NCBI GenBank assembly: GCA_049724395.1
Contig: JAUGWO010000148.1
Span: 1-64,000, forward strand
Reading direction: 5' to 3'
DNA length: 64,000 bases
DNA from: Spongospora subterranea f. sp. subterranea
Lineage: Eukaryota
In this document: one piece after another, positions 11,576-23,447 of the stretch
Numbering within the stretch: the first letter of the stretch is position 1
Layout of the letters: each line of letters starts with the position of its first letter
The notes under the pieces: generated by a model
What the model was told of the DNA's origin: nothing
Database searches by the model: none
What the model saw: the letters and a program-made list of their open reading frames with translations, nothing else
Translations under genes and position numbers: made by a program

Positions 11576-14197
11576 ATGGCTTTGTCTGTCAACATTGATG
11601 ATCTGTTGTTATCTAAATCCCCAATTCAACCACCAGATGTATTGATTCCTATGTTGGGGCCATATATGGCCGGTTCAGATGCGGATAAAGCCCTGCGAAT
11701 CCTGTCCGAATCTGTCACACAGTATCGCCATAATATAAGCCCCGTCATCATTGATAATCTTGTTGTTTTCGTCGGAGCGGTCCTTCGTCCTGGTTTATAT
11801 GTATTACCTGGTCTATCATCTCTTCTAGAGTCGCTCTGCCTTATCACCAAGATTGCCCATCTTCCAACAGGATTGAATATTTTATCATTACAATCGTCAG
11901 AAAAATGCTCTCTTCTCACCGCATTGAGTTCAGCTCTTCCAGATCCTCTCCCAATCTCGTTATTATCCGCCATTCTATCCTTCGTTGAAGGAGAGACCGA
12001 TCCCCAGCCACTTCTCTCCGGGTTGCAATTAATCAGGTCTGGTCTAGCTAATATTCATGAGCCATTATCATCTGATGCTGCCGAATCTGTTGTTGATCAA
12101 TGCTGTATATACTTCCCTATCACGTATGATGGACCAAATGGTGATGTCCTCAGGACGACGCTATTGGATTGTTTAACAGCCAATATATCGATGGCGCCAT
12201 TCTCGGTCCCTTTCTTTCTGGACAAGTTGCACTCTCCGTTAACTCAAGCTCAAAACCAGTCATTAGTGGCTCTTTCTCAGTGTATGAGATGCTTTCGTTT
12301 GGGCACATTCGACGTGCATCTCCCCGAGATCAGCTCGTGTCTTGTTCAGATATGGAATGATCCAGCCTCATCGCCAGCAGTTCTCCAATCATCAATATCT
12401 GCGTTAACTGCCTCAGTGCTGGCTCTCTACCCTAAATTATATAATCCAGCTGAAGGGGAAGACCCATACCATCATCGATTTCTCAAGTATATTATCCAAT
12501 CTATATCCGATGTATTCGAATCAAGTGGCAGATCGCGGCGCGCTCCTATCTATACTTCAGCATTATCTGCACTTTGTTCAACCCCATTATCATATCGCAT
12601 CGCGTATCGGGCGTTATGGCCTCTTTTAAAAAATCATATATGCTCTGTAAACGAAGATCATGATCGGATCGCGTTTATATCGATTGTCGATTCCACATTT
12701 GTGAGCGGCGTCGTTAATGGTGTTGTTTCATCATCGGATGACGTTGAGGATATTGTAGCGACTTTTGTATCCTGTTCAGATCCCTCATTGTCAACCAAAG
12801 TTGTCTCCTCCAGTCTGTCTGTCCTCATCAGAATGATTCCATTCATTTCATCTCGATCCCATATTGATCAGATCACTCAACTCGCTCTATCGATTATCAA
12901 TGCGCCGACTGGCGACGATCTTCCCCGTGCTGCTGCTGGTTCGCCCTCACCCGCATCTCTCTCGTCCATTGCGGTCTCAGCCCTGGTCGCCCTATCGTCC
13001 CTTGATCCCCAGGGGATTGTATCAGCCACCTACCCATGGATTATTCGGCACCATCATCATTTCCAGTCTTTATGTGTTGAAAGCAGCGCATACCTTTCTT
13101 CAATCCTCCCTGATCTTTCAACCCGTATATTTGATAACGATTATCCCCTATTGAGCGCCACACTAACCTCAATCTTCAACCAATGCCCTAGCGAGATCAT
13201 CCCTGACGCTATTCGCCTAATCGCTCCAAAGCTCACAACCCCAGAAAACGTTCATCTGTTCCAGGCAATGTATCGCCGTGCGTCACCAGAAGACCAGGTC
13301 CTGCTCAGCGCTGATCACCTATCTTCTCAGGACTATCTATGCAATATCTACAGTATCTCGTGCATCTTGAGCAGGAACAGGTCCACCCCATTACATAATC
13401 AGGACCGGATATTGCATGATGTTTATGATCACGCCATTGGTAATGAATCATCGAATTCAGCGAAGATTGTTGCCGATATCCTCAATAAGGCTAATGATCA
13501 AAACCTATCATCATTCGTGTCATCAAGTCTATATAGCAATCTTGATCTATCGTCCCCAAATCACTCGTTGTTATGCCTATGGATCTGCCAAGCATTGTCC
13601 TGCCGTGGCGATAATAATGGGTTTATAATGGCTCGAGGTCTTTGCCGCTTTTCTTGCCATCATCCCAATTTGCATATTCTGCTTGATCTAGACCCGGACC
13701 ATCATATCGGATGGCGTATCGTCCCTTTATATCAACAGCGAATGTCCCATACTATCTTATCAGAGATGAGCGTTGTGTCTGACTATGGTCTAACCCTATA
13801 CGATTGTCTGCCTTCACTATTGACCAAAGCGCCAGCTCAAGTCATCATTGACTTTGCCGACACCTTATTACCGATTCTTATCAAATCGTTATCGTCTTCA
13901 TCATCGTCATCGTCTGCGTTATCGTCGTTATATATCATGATCGTCTCAAACCCCTCATCGATTTCTCCTTATCTATCCGAGATAATCCCGTCCATGATCG
14001 CCCTAACATCACCTTCATATCCCTCCCCAACCCGTTTCCAGGCTCTTCAATCGCTCTCCATTATCATTCATCACGTACCCCATTCGTCCATATTCCCTTA
14101 CAGACCTTCAATATCCATATCCCTAACTCGTGCGCTAGATGACCCCAAAAGGGTCTGTCGGAATCAGGCCAGACAATGCATCATGGCATTATCCTAA
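11576..14197 (+). CDS. MMS19: MMS19-like HEAT-repeat protein (cytosolic Fe-S targeting complex), intronless
   Basis: GETDP (GEKDPRNL-like), CIYFPITY, PLYQQR and C-terminal ALDDPKRVCR..AR motifs. Confidence 0.85.
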   Translation: MALSVNIDDLLLSKSPIQPPDVLIPMLGPYMAGSDADKALRILSESVTQYRHNISPVIIDNLVVFVGAVLRPGLYVLPGLSSLLESLCLITKIAHLPTGLNILSLQSSEKCSLLTALSSALPDPLPISLLSAILSFVEGETDPQPLLSGLQLIRSGLANIHEPLSSDAAESVVDQCCIYFPITYDGPNGDVLRTTLLDCLTANISMAPFSVPFFLDKLHSPLTQAQNQSLVALSQCMRCFRLGTFDVHLPEISSCLVQIWNDPASSPAVLQSSISALTASVLALYPKLYNPAEGEDPYHHRFLKYIIQSISDVFESSGRSRRAPIYTSALSALCSTPLSYRIAYRALWPLLKNHICSVNEDHDRIAFISIVDSTFVSGVVNGVVSSSDDVEDIVATFVSCSDPSLSTKVVSSSLSVLIRMIPFISSRSHIDQITQLALSIINAPTGDDLPRAAAGSPSPASLSSIAVSALVALSSLDPQGIVSATYPWIIRHHHHFQSLCVESSAYLSSILPDLSTRIFDNDYPLLSATLTSIFNQCPSEIIPDAIRLIAPKLTTPENVHLFQAMYRRASPEDQVLLSADHLSSQDYLCNIYSISCILSRNRSTPLHNQDRILHDVYDHAIGNESSNSAKIVADILNKANDQNLSSFVSSSLYSNLDLSSPNHSLLCLWICQALSCRGDNNGFIMARGLCRFSCHHPNLHILLDLDPDHHIGWRIVPLYQQRMSHTILSEMSVVSDYGLTLYDCLPSLLTKAPAQVIIDFADTLLPILIKSLSSSSSSSSALSSLYIMIVSNPSSISPYLSEIIPSMIALTSPSYPSPTRFQALQSLSIIIHHVPHSSIFPYRPSISISLTRALDDPKRVCRNQARQCIMALS

Positions 14198-14456
14198 TCG
14201 TATATCCTCAACCACGATCCCGTACACACAATCTTAATTAACTAGTATATCAAACCCTGGAGATATCACACAATTGTATTCATAAATCGATCGTAGACCT
14301 TATCCGTACTTGATGCAACTCTTGATCGTTCATTTACTCTAATTGTGTTGCCCGGTTATTACCCATCCAAGGCCGTGCCCCAATACCCATTTCTTGCTCT
14401 TCCTGGCCACTCACGGCCGGTCTTGCCACCTCTCACTCCCATCACAACCGATCGTT

Positions 14457-15215
14457 ATGAACAGCACGTTTTACTCGTACAATGGTCAAGCTAATCCCAC
14501 ATCTGATGACGAACGATCGTCGGTATTCGCTGGGCTATCGTCGGCTGGGGATCTGGACAGCTTCCTATCATGGGATTTCGAGAACGAGCCATCGTCGTCT
14601 GGCGCATACGATCCTTATGGAGCGTCTCCCTTGTCGTCGGCTCATGCCGGTTCGTGGGCCGAGTCGGATGGCGTTGACGGTGGAGGAGCGAGGGTGAGGA
14701 ATATCGGGTTGGAGTCGGGTGCTGGGCAACGCCACGAGTGCCCGACCTGTCAGCGCATGATCAATATCGCCATGCCAGGGGAGAGCATGCACGGGCACAT
14801 CGCGTCCTGCTTCCTGGAGCGGAACAAGCACCATTGGCGGAGCGAGGGCCACGACCAGGAACAGGAGCTGGGCGAGAAAGACCTGAGCCATATTCAGGAG
14901 ACGATATCCCATCTGGATCTGACCACCAGGCTCAAGATGATGGAGTCGCTGTATCGCCTGAGCAAATCTCAGGAACTGGTCAAACCCGATCACGGTCAGG
15001 GCCTTGGGCGCCATCATCACGACGGCTACAATAATGCCAATATAGATGGACATGGACATCGTGACCATAATCGCCAATACGACATCAACGACCCGATATT
15101 GACCTTGATCTATGCCAATAAGGGACCGCTCGCCCATTCACATCTCGTCGACAATCTGGGGACATCGACACCGACGACGGGACGACGGAATGGGGAATTG
15201 CCTCACACGACGTGA
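14457..15215 (+). CDS. Hypothetical protein with a C2HC (UBZ-like) zinc finger and an LNK-like helical motif
   Basis: Intronless ORF from ATG 14457 containing CPTC...HIASC and IQETISHLDLTTRLKMMESLYRLSKS. Confidence 0.7.
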   Translation: MNSTFYSYNGQANPTSDDERSSVFAGLSSAGDLDSFLSWDFENEPSSSGAYDPYGASPLSSAHAGSWAESDGVDGGGARVRNIGLESGAGQRHECPTCQRMINIAMPGESMHGHIASCFLERNKHHWRSEGHDQEQELGEKDLSHIQETISHLDLTTRLKMMESLYRLSKSQELVKPDHGQGLGRHHHDGYNNANIDGHGHRDHNRQYDINDPILTLIYANKGPLAHSHLVDNLGTSTPTTGRRNGELPHTT

Positions 15216-15314
15216 TCATGATCATCTTCTAGCTGTGATCTCGTTATCATCAACAATAAAACCACACATGATCATTACCGATTAGGGGAATCTATATATT
15301 ATAGGAGATGGGGT

Positions 15315-18300
15315 TTATTGTATAAGAGATGGCCATAACCCGACTAGGGATGGCCTGGCAGATTTCTGAACCAGCGCCTGGGTCTCGGGTAATAGGAAAT
15401 TGGGATCTTTAACCCATCGCTCCTTTAACTTGGCCAGACAGGATATAGAGGGGGTTAGACGTCTGAGGAAGGACAATACTGGGATGGATAAGGCCTCGGG
15501 TTGGGTCATCGCTGATGGACGACACGATAGCAATGGCCTGATCGCCGACCAGGATGGGAGCACATCCCCTTGGAGAAGGAGGCGGGCGAACCAGCGATGG
15601 TTGTGGGAAGGGAGTGTGGCGACCTGGGCAATATGAGGAAGAGGCCATGAAAGGGGACCGTATGAACACGAGAACCAGGAGGAGATGGCGTCATCGGAGC
15701 GGGAATAGACAGGGAGAGGGGAAGCAAGCGGCTTGGGCGATAGGCGACAGAGATGGGGACAGATACGGTAGAGATGGGATGGGCGAATAGCGGTGATGGC
15801 GTTGATCATGACCTTAGATGGGGTGTGGATTATATCGTGATAGACGAGGATCTCGGGGTGATGATGGCGGGGGAACAAGGCCGATTGGGGATGGATATAG
15901 ACGGGCTGGTCGGTATGGAGACACTGATATGCGGTTGGGATATCGGGATGGCGCCGGGCAACTTGATCACAGAGACCGGAACAGATCAACTGGCAGAGGG
16001 CGGATCGCTGCTCTAACGACGGAGGAGGAACCAATGGGCAATATTCCTGATCAGGGGCGATACGGCTGTGGAGTTGGCGGCGAAGGCGTCCCACCTCATA
16101 CATCGCACGAGGGCGTATACAGTTATCGTGACAGAACTGGGATTGATCATGGGCGTATTCGTAGGCCAATACAATCGCCATCAGGCCTAATATATCTGAT
16201 ACAGGATCAGCCCATCGTTGACGAGCTGCCCTAAGTGATGGAGACGCCTTCTTAGCCTGTTCACCGCCCTCCCGCTCATCATCATTATCATGATCATCAT
16301 CCTGTTCGGGGTCAGGGTGATCATGCCCGATATAGAGCTGACCAACGGTCAACAGCGCCACAATGCTGATCATATAGGGCTGGCAGCCATACTGGCCCGA
16401 TAGCGCCATCATCCTGGAGTACCTGGGCGATAACGGCAGCCGGGACATGTGCTGGCCGATACGTGTGATGGACTGGGGCGGCGCCATATTCAGGGCGCCG
16501 ATCCGGGTCAGGAGCTGCAACGACGAGGAGATGGCGTCCGGCGAGGGCGGACTAGGGAACGGGAACTGGCTGATCGACTCGATCCCCATCGCCTTCAACG
16601 TGAGAACGGTCCCCTCAATCGGGCTATTGTATATCTCAGCCAGGCCATGATCGGGGAACTGCTGATCGTAAACGGCTGTACTGTATAGGCGATAGGTGTG
16701 GCCCGGGCCGGTACGCCCGGCACGCCCGGAACGCTGATCGGCTGAGGCTTTGGATATCCAGCTGACCTTCAATGACGAGATTCCGGTTTTGTGATCATAA
16801 ACCTTGACCTTCTCACGACCGGTATCGACCACGTATTTGATATTGGGGATCGTCAACGAGGTCTCAGCGACGTTGGTTGATATGACGATGAGGCGATGGT
16901 CGTCGGACGGCAATGGTGCCAGAACCCTAACCTGATCCTCTGGGGAGAGCAGGGCGTGCAATGGCAGGATATGACATGGGCGACAAGGGCCATCGGGTAC
17001 AGGGATTGGGACCCCATCAGCGTCGTGATCGACATCGCTCATATCGCTATCAACACCCTCCTCCTCCTCATCATCGTCATCATCTCCATCATGTCGCCGG
17101 TCCTCCATCCGATCCGCGTCGCGATCGATCTGATCATATCCTGAACCCCATTCACTATCATGATCGTTCTCCAACGGCAGATTAGTGATATCCCTTTCCG
17201 TCTTATCGTTGAACCGTTTCCTTAAAACCCTCACCACATAATTGATATCTTGTTTACCGGTGACAAACACCAGAATCCCACCTTGAGGTAATCGCCGATG
17301 TATTCTCGACACCTTCTCGATCGCGTCTTTCAGATAATCATTGCTGGTTCTCCGACTAAACCGGACCGTGACTGGATATTGACGAGCGGCGATATTGATA
17401 ATTGGGGGTGGTCCCGAAGGGAATAATTGCACATTCTCAGCAAAATCTTGAACCCGAAGAGTGGCCGACATGATGATCAGTTTAAGGGGCGATTCTGGCA
17501 TTGATTCATTCCTCAACGGTATGATACGCGATAATAAACCGATCAGCACATCCGTATTCAGATTCCGTTCATGCGCTTCATCAAGAACGATCACAGAATA
17601 TTGACTGAGAAGGAAATCGGATTGAATCTCCCGTAATAAAATACCTAGATCGATGATGAGGTTAGAAAAACCGGTTGGACAAGATTGGCGAATTCAGATT
17701 ACCATCGGTCATGAACTTGATAGCCGTATTGGAATTGCAGCGCGACTCAAACCTGATCTGATGGCCAACCCTATGCCCATCATTACCCATCTCATTGGCG
17801 ACACGAGACGCCATGGCGATCGCCGCGATTCGCCTCGGCTGAGTGATACCGATCATACCAGAACGCCCTGGCAATGACCCATAACCTCCCTCGTATAGAA
17901 ACTGAGGGATCTGGGTGGTCTTCCCAGATCCGGTGGCGCCACAGATGATGATGGCGCTGTGATCGTGGACCGACTCCATGATGGTCTGCTCCTCCATGAA
18001 GACGGGCAATTGGGAGCGGCTGGATTGGATTGGGGCGGGGCGGGTGACGGCGACATATTGGGGAAGAGATGAAACCGGGGCGACCGGGGTTTCAGACACA
18101 CAATCGGCGACGATTGGAACGGGACCGGATGACGGAACTGGGCAATGATCGGACGAGGGAATATCAGGTGGTGGAGGAGGTAATAACCGCTCGTTCTCCA
18201 CGAAGGTGATATTATCCAATGATGGCGCCGTGTTGATAATCTCACAGGATCTGTTGGTATTGTTCTCCTTCGTGGTATCCAACAGCACCACCCGTCGTCG

Positions 18301-18861
18301 TTTCGGCCGGTTCCCAATATGAACCACCGGTATATCCGCTGGATTGATCGCAATGGGAACCTGTTTTGATGGTAATCCCGCACCAGATTTCCCATTCTCC
18401 ACTGATATTGTTTCCGTGACCAATGGCGCTACACCAGACCTCCTCTCATCAATATCTGCATAATCGTCTTCTGATGAACAATCACTGTTTGGCTGATTGG
18501 ACGTATCTATCGATTTAGTAATCTTATCGGTTCCCAATCCAGCCTTATTCATCAATAAGGTCCGCCTTGCAGTTCCCCGTTTTGTGTCTTTGTTTTGCCC
18601 TAATCTCCCCGATGATCGCAATAGATCGATATCTGATTTTGATAGCGCGTTGACCTTCATGGACTGTAGAATACTGCCTCTAATCAGCTTCGCAGCTCTG
18701 GTCTTTTCGATTCGGTTCAGTTTCTTCTGGGCGTTGGTTGATAAAGGGGCAGGTACTGAACGTTTCAACTGCGATTGCGATGATTTAACGCGTTTACTGG
18801 ATAATATAGAGATATTATCCCCTAATTCAGCACGAAGTTCATCACTTATCAGTGATTCCAT
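15315..18861 (-). CDS. DHX37: DEAH-box RNA helicase DHX37/Dhr1, 2 exons
   Basis: GATGSGKTTQIPQFLYE, TQPRRIAA, DEAHER, MSAT, TNVAETSLTIP, QRSGRAGR. Single intron at about 17647-17703. Confidence 0.93.
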
Positions 18862-19017
18862 TTACAGGACAAAAACAATAAATTGGAAATTGAATCAATC
18901 GAGAAAGCTGTACTCGTCTGCATGTCTGGAAAGCCGGATAAACTCCGTGACGCAGTCCGGACTCAACCTTGATATTCAAAATTAAATGATGGTATTTTTA
19001 TATAATAATTGGCCATC

Positions 19018-21866
19018 TCATGCCAGATAATGGTAGGTTCTTCGATCATCTTTGTCTCGCTCTAGATACTCTCTTTCTATCAACGCCTCAATTCTTCTTT
19101 TAATCAGAGACGGTTCGGCTTTGAACTTTGTTTGTAGTTGTTTGTGAACCTCTGCAATCAATAAACTATGCTCAATTGTCCGACGAGCCTACGAGAAGGT
19201 GAGTTGGAAAAATCCCAGATATAAGGGGAACCAACATATATTAACCTTAAGAATACGGACAATGCTGGCATCGACGCGATTCTTACGCGCTTCAGCAACT
19301 GCTTCGGGAATGTCGGCTGACGACTGGTTCTCCCCGTTCTGAGATTCACTAGTATTCGCTTGCAACAGAGGAATACGAACGCGATATAAACAAGAAGTGT
19401 AGTTCATGTTGAATGAAAACACATGGTCGGAACCGATTACTTTGGTGTTTGGCGACTTTAACAAAACACGTACCTGAAAAACGATATGACAGAGTAACAG
19501 TGATGAACAAAAAACTAGATTACTTTGGGGTGTGCAAGAGAGAGCAAATGCCGTTGTAAATCAGCGGATGGAATGCATGTCAGGCTCTGGATTTCGGCGT
19601 ACGTTAACGAATCCGTATCGTTGAAAAGCATCAAAATACACATTTGATACGTGTGGACAATTAGTTCTTTCCGCGTAGTGCGAAAGCATACGTTCAACTC
19701 AGCAATGCCAAGTGATGTTTGCCAGGCAATTTTATGGCCAGAGTGTTTTGATTTATAGTATGCTCCGAACAAGGTGCACGACGCCTCGACGCAAGCTGGT
19801 AACTTACATTCTGGAGTCTCGGAAAATGGCCAGAATCCCTAACCGACAAATGAATCAGATTGGACACTCGGGGAGGCCAAAAGTCATACCGAGGTCAACA
19901 CATTGACAAAAATCTGTTTGTTGGCCCAAGTGGCTGCTGGCCAGGCTTGATATCCTTCATTAACTTCATGTGAAAGTTCAATATTCTTAAACATGCCTTC
20001 CAGTTTAGAAGTGAATTGATGACCACATTCGGCTTTCAACCTAAGATTGGGCCAAGACTGGTTGAGGACAAAGAAACAACAGAGCAGAACAAGTTTACTT
20101 GGCAATTATCGTTTTTTCAACGTCATTGGAAATATGAGTATTGGTAAGAAGGCGATGAGCGAGGTGAAGTTTGTAAAATTCCTCAAAAACGTCTTTATCG
20201 GTTATATATCTAACGAAATTACGTAAGGACAAACAAAGGGCGAACCAGGAATATACCGGAAAATGGTCACAACTTCTTCCAATTTGCATTCGACTTCATC
20301 TTCGCTCATCCATCGAAGTCCTTTTTTCAGCATACCGTCGATGTACAGGGCAAGATATTGGGCGGCACGGGAATCTGACAGCAAGAAATATTCAAAATAA
20401 ACCTTAAATGAAAACACCGCCCAGCCACACTTAAATTGATAAAATGCTCGAACGCATCTTTGAGACATTTGGCAAACGTTCGGTCGTCATCGAAAGCATT
20501 TTGGACAATTGTGAAAAATTTGGAACGCAAGTCCAGACAAGATTGCACAAACTTATGGGGGTCCTATATTACAAACAGTCAGGACCTTTGAAATTAATCA
20601 TGTGGAATTGAATGCTGACCTTTTTATTGTCCTGATCGTGAACCGCTTGAACCCCGGCATTACGCACAACAACTTTCATACAATCAGATATAAAACCTAA
20701 AGCAGAGGGTACTCTTTTGAATAAGGAATACATCCGCCTTAAATCTAGATACCATTGAATTTCTCACATCAGTGCTTTGCCGTCAACATACCTGCGATTT
20801 GATACTGCTCGAACATGTTTTGACAGCCCGTGTTGGGATTTTCTGCAAGGGTTTGGGCGCATTGGGAAATTAGTTCCTCGTGACAAACGATCAAAAGACG
20901 TGACTTTGTATCACAATGAAGGTAGTGATCAGCACGCGAGCGTCTTCCTGTCAACAAATGAGCGACGCCATGCTGAGCTAACGACAAAGGCGAACCTCTA
21001 TGAGACGTTGTTCAATTTTTTTCAGATAATCCGGGACAGTGTTTTGTGAAATAAATTCAGCCGACTCTTTTTTGTAAAACTGACGGGTCTCCTCTAGAAG
21101 AAAAATCATGCAAATATCGTACAGGAATACGAAGGACCGTACCAAGAAAAACAGTCTCGAACAGTTGCTCATAAAGGTTCAGATATTCAGGAGGGCAATT
21201 CCCGCATTCGACAAGCATGGACAAACAATGCTTAATTAAATCCTGGTCTATCGTTTCCGAATGTCTTTCACATTCGATGCTTCTCAATAGAATGGACTGG
21301 AGTCTGTCTTTGCATGCTGGCCGCATGATGATCGTTTTCCGAAAAAGATTAACCCCCATATGGAAGATCTGCAGCCTCCCTTCCCTTTCGCAAAACGTTT
21401 TGTCCATATACATGAGGACATCGCGAATCATGGTCATGGTCTGTTTAAACGTTAAGAAACAATTTACGATATGCAGAGGGGCCGAGTAAGTCGTACAAGC
21501 TTGTGCTTATCCCATTTGCTGACTAGTATTCGGACAAGCTGGTCGTCCGAAGCAGGGTCAATATCGGATTCTGCAATTACATCTAACCAGAAATGATTAG
21601 CTTCCGGAACGAAACTTTGACTAAATCGTACCAAGTTTCTCTTGGATGGTCTGCACGACTCCGTCGTGTAGAAGTGAGCCATGCTTATGCAAAACAAGAG
21701 TATAAGCATTGCGATATAATTCCTCATATCGCAAACTCGACGCATTCCCTTCCTGGATTTGATTGATTCCTTTGCGAAGCCCGGTCCACACGTTCTGGGC
21801 CTGTTCTAAGGGCATGTCGCTATTCGTGAAAACAAAGGCATTGCCCTGTGATCCCGTCGCGGCCAT
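19018..21866 (-). CDS. CUL3: Cullin-3, multi-exon
   Basis: LRYEELYRNAYTLVLHKHG, MIRDVLMYMD, DKDVFEEFYKLHLAHRLL, CGHQFTSKLEGMFK, DASIVRILK, C-terminal YHYLA. Confidence 0.93.
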
Positions 21867-22683
21867 CCTAGAGCTAATGAATCACAGACCATAAAGATAT
21901 GTGGAGCCGTTTAACAGCAGTTACGATGAGCGTTATTAACTTTACCAGTGATTCAACAAACAATTCAGCGCACCTAAGTGTTCGTTCATTGCGCATATTT
22001 CACAATCAACGCAGACAGTGCTATGTACTATATATACTGTATGCTCTTCTGACTCTGTTCTGTCCATCTTCGACGGAGGCCAATGCGCTCTGGCCATTTC
22101 CCATTTCAAAGTAAAAATCAAACAAACAAACCATAGGCGAAATTTGTCAAATGCAGTCGTTATCAGCATCAAGTGATTTTATATATGGGTTTTCAATAAT
22201 CTGAACAATCGATGGGAAAATATTTTTTTTAGAGGTTAGTCGCCATAAAGCATTAGCGTAGTAGATTGACACTGAAATGACTTCCCTTTGCAAGAATGAA
22301 GGTAGTCCGTTGTTCAAATAAAGAGTACCGAATTTGTTGCCACAGGTGTATACTTACGTAAACACTTAGCGAACTCGGTCAAGGCAGTTCAATAATCGGC
22401 CTGGAACACTCGGTATCCAGCGAAAAATATTCCTTATTGTGCAGTGATAGAAGGTGCCATGAAATCTACATATCGTCTTCCCAAAGCGAATAACAAGATC
22501 GAGAACATTCCGATTGGGTCTAGAACTCAAGCTGAGAATATATACGGAGTTGTGCCCGGTTGCAGATTGGAATGCGATATCTGAGCCGCGATCAGCACCA
22601 GCCATTTAATCGATTAAAGCCCATCTGTGAGTTGGTTGCTTGTTGGCCTCTACGCTTAAGCCCACAGCGCCTAGCCCGCCAGT

Positions 22684-22723
22684 TGACTCACTCTGCCCGA
22701 CGGTCGGTCTGTGTGACTCACTC
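22684..22723 (+). promoter_or_regulatory. Two TGACTCACTC (AP-1/GCN4-like) sites 30 bp apart upstream of the A20/AN1 gene
   Basis: Direct repeat at 22684 and 22714, 150-180 bp before ATG 22866. Confidence 0.4.
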
Positions 22724-22865
22724 GCCCATTCCCCGTATTGCGTCAACCACCAATCGCTGCTGGGGAATCGAACTGCCACATTGAATAACGACCTGCCTAT
22801 AGTATACGACCCTAGCGATCGCCACTAGGTACGCCAACCAAATCTATTCCCCTGCACTCGTATAA

Positions 22866-23315
22866 ATGGCGGACCATCATAACGGCATCGCCGCCACACC
22901 AACTTTATGTCGTAATTCCTGTGGTTTCTTTGGCCGATCCGATCAAAGAGACCTTTGTTCGAAGTGTTTTGGTGACCTTCTCAAGGCCGAAGCAAATCAA
23001 ACGATAGCTTTACCCCCTACAGCAACAGAGACGGTGGCAAGAGTGGAGCCGCTAAGGGACGTCGCTGTACCTCTGTCTTCGGTTGAAGCCACTGTCCAAG
23101 CTAATGTCGTCAAGCGAGATCGTCATCGATGTGGTGTTTGCCGGAAAAAGCTACGTTTAGCCCAGCAATTTGAATGCATGTGCCAAGACACGTTTTGTGG
23201 AGAACATCGATACGCCGACGCCCACGATTGCAGCTTCGATTATGTCAAACGCAATCAAGACCGGCTTCGAAAGGATAATCCAGAAGTAATTGCATCGAAA
23301 TTAAGCAAAATTTGA
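22866..23315 (+). CDS. A20/AN1 zinc-finger stress-associated protein
   Basis: A20 finger LCRNSCGFFG...LCSKC; AN1 finger RCGVCRKKL...FECMCQDTFCGEHRYADAHDCSFDY. Confidence 0.95.
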   Translation: MADHHNGIAATPTLCRNSCGFFGRSDQRDLCSKCFGDLLKAEANQTIALPPTATETVARVEPLRDVAVPLSSVEATVQANVVKRDRHRCGVCRKKLRLAQQFECMCQDTFCGEHRYADAHDCSFDYVKRNQDRLRKDNPEVIASKLSKI

Positions 23316-23447
23316 AGGCGGCAACCTCTACCAGTCAAAGAAGCCAAAAGTATGGAGCGTGCAAACGTTTTTCAGCGCATTCGCTTCGTTATCAACTATT
23401 AAACGCTTCTATCTGGTTGAAATAGACTGTTTCCTATTAAATCAGTT

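Noticed and set aside
14568..18985. Long antisense and alternative-frame ORFs overlapping the LNK-like gene and DHX37
   Set aside because: Shadow ORFs of real genes on the other strand or frame.
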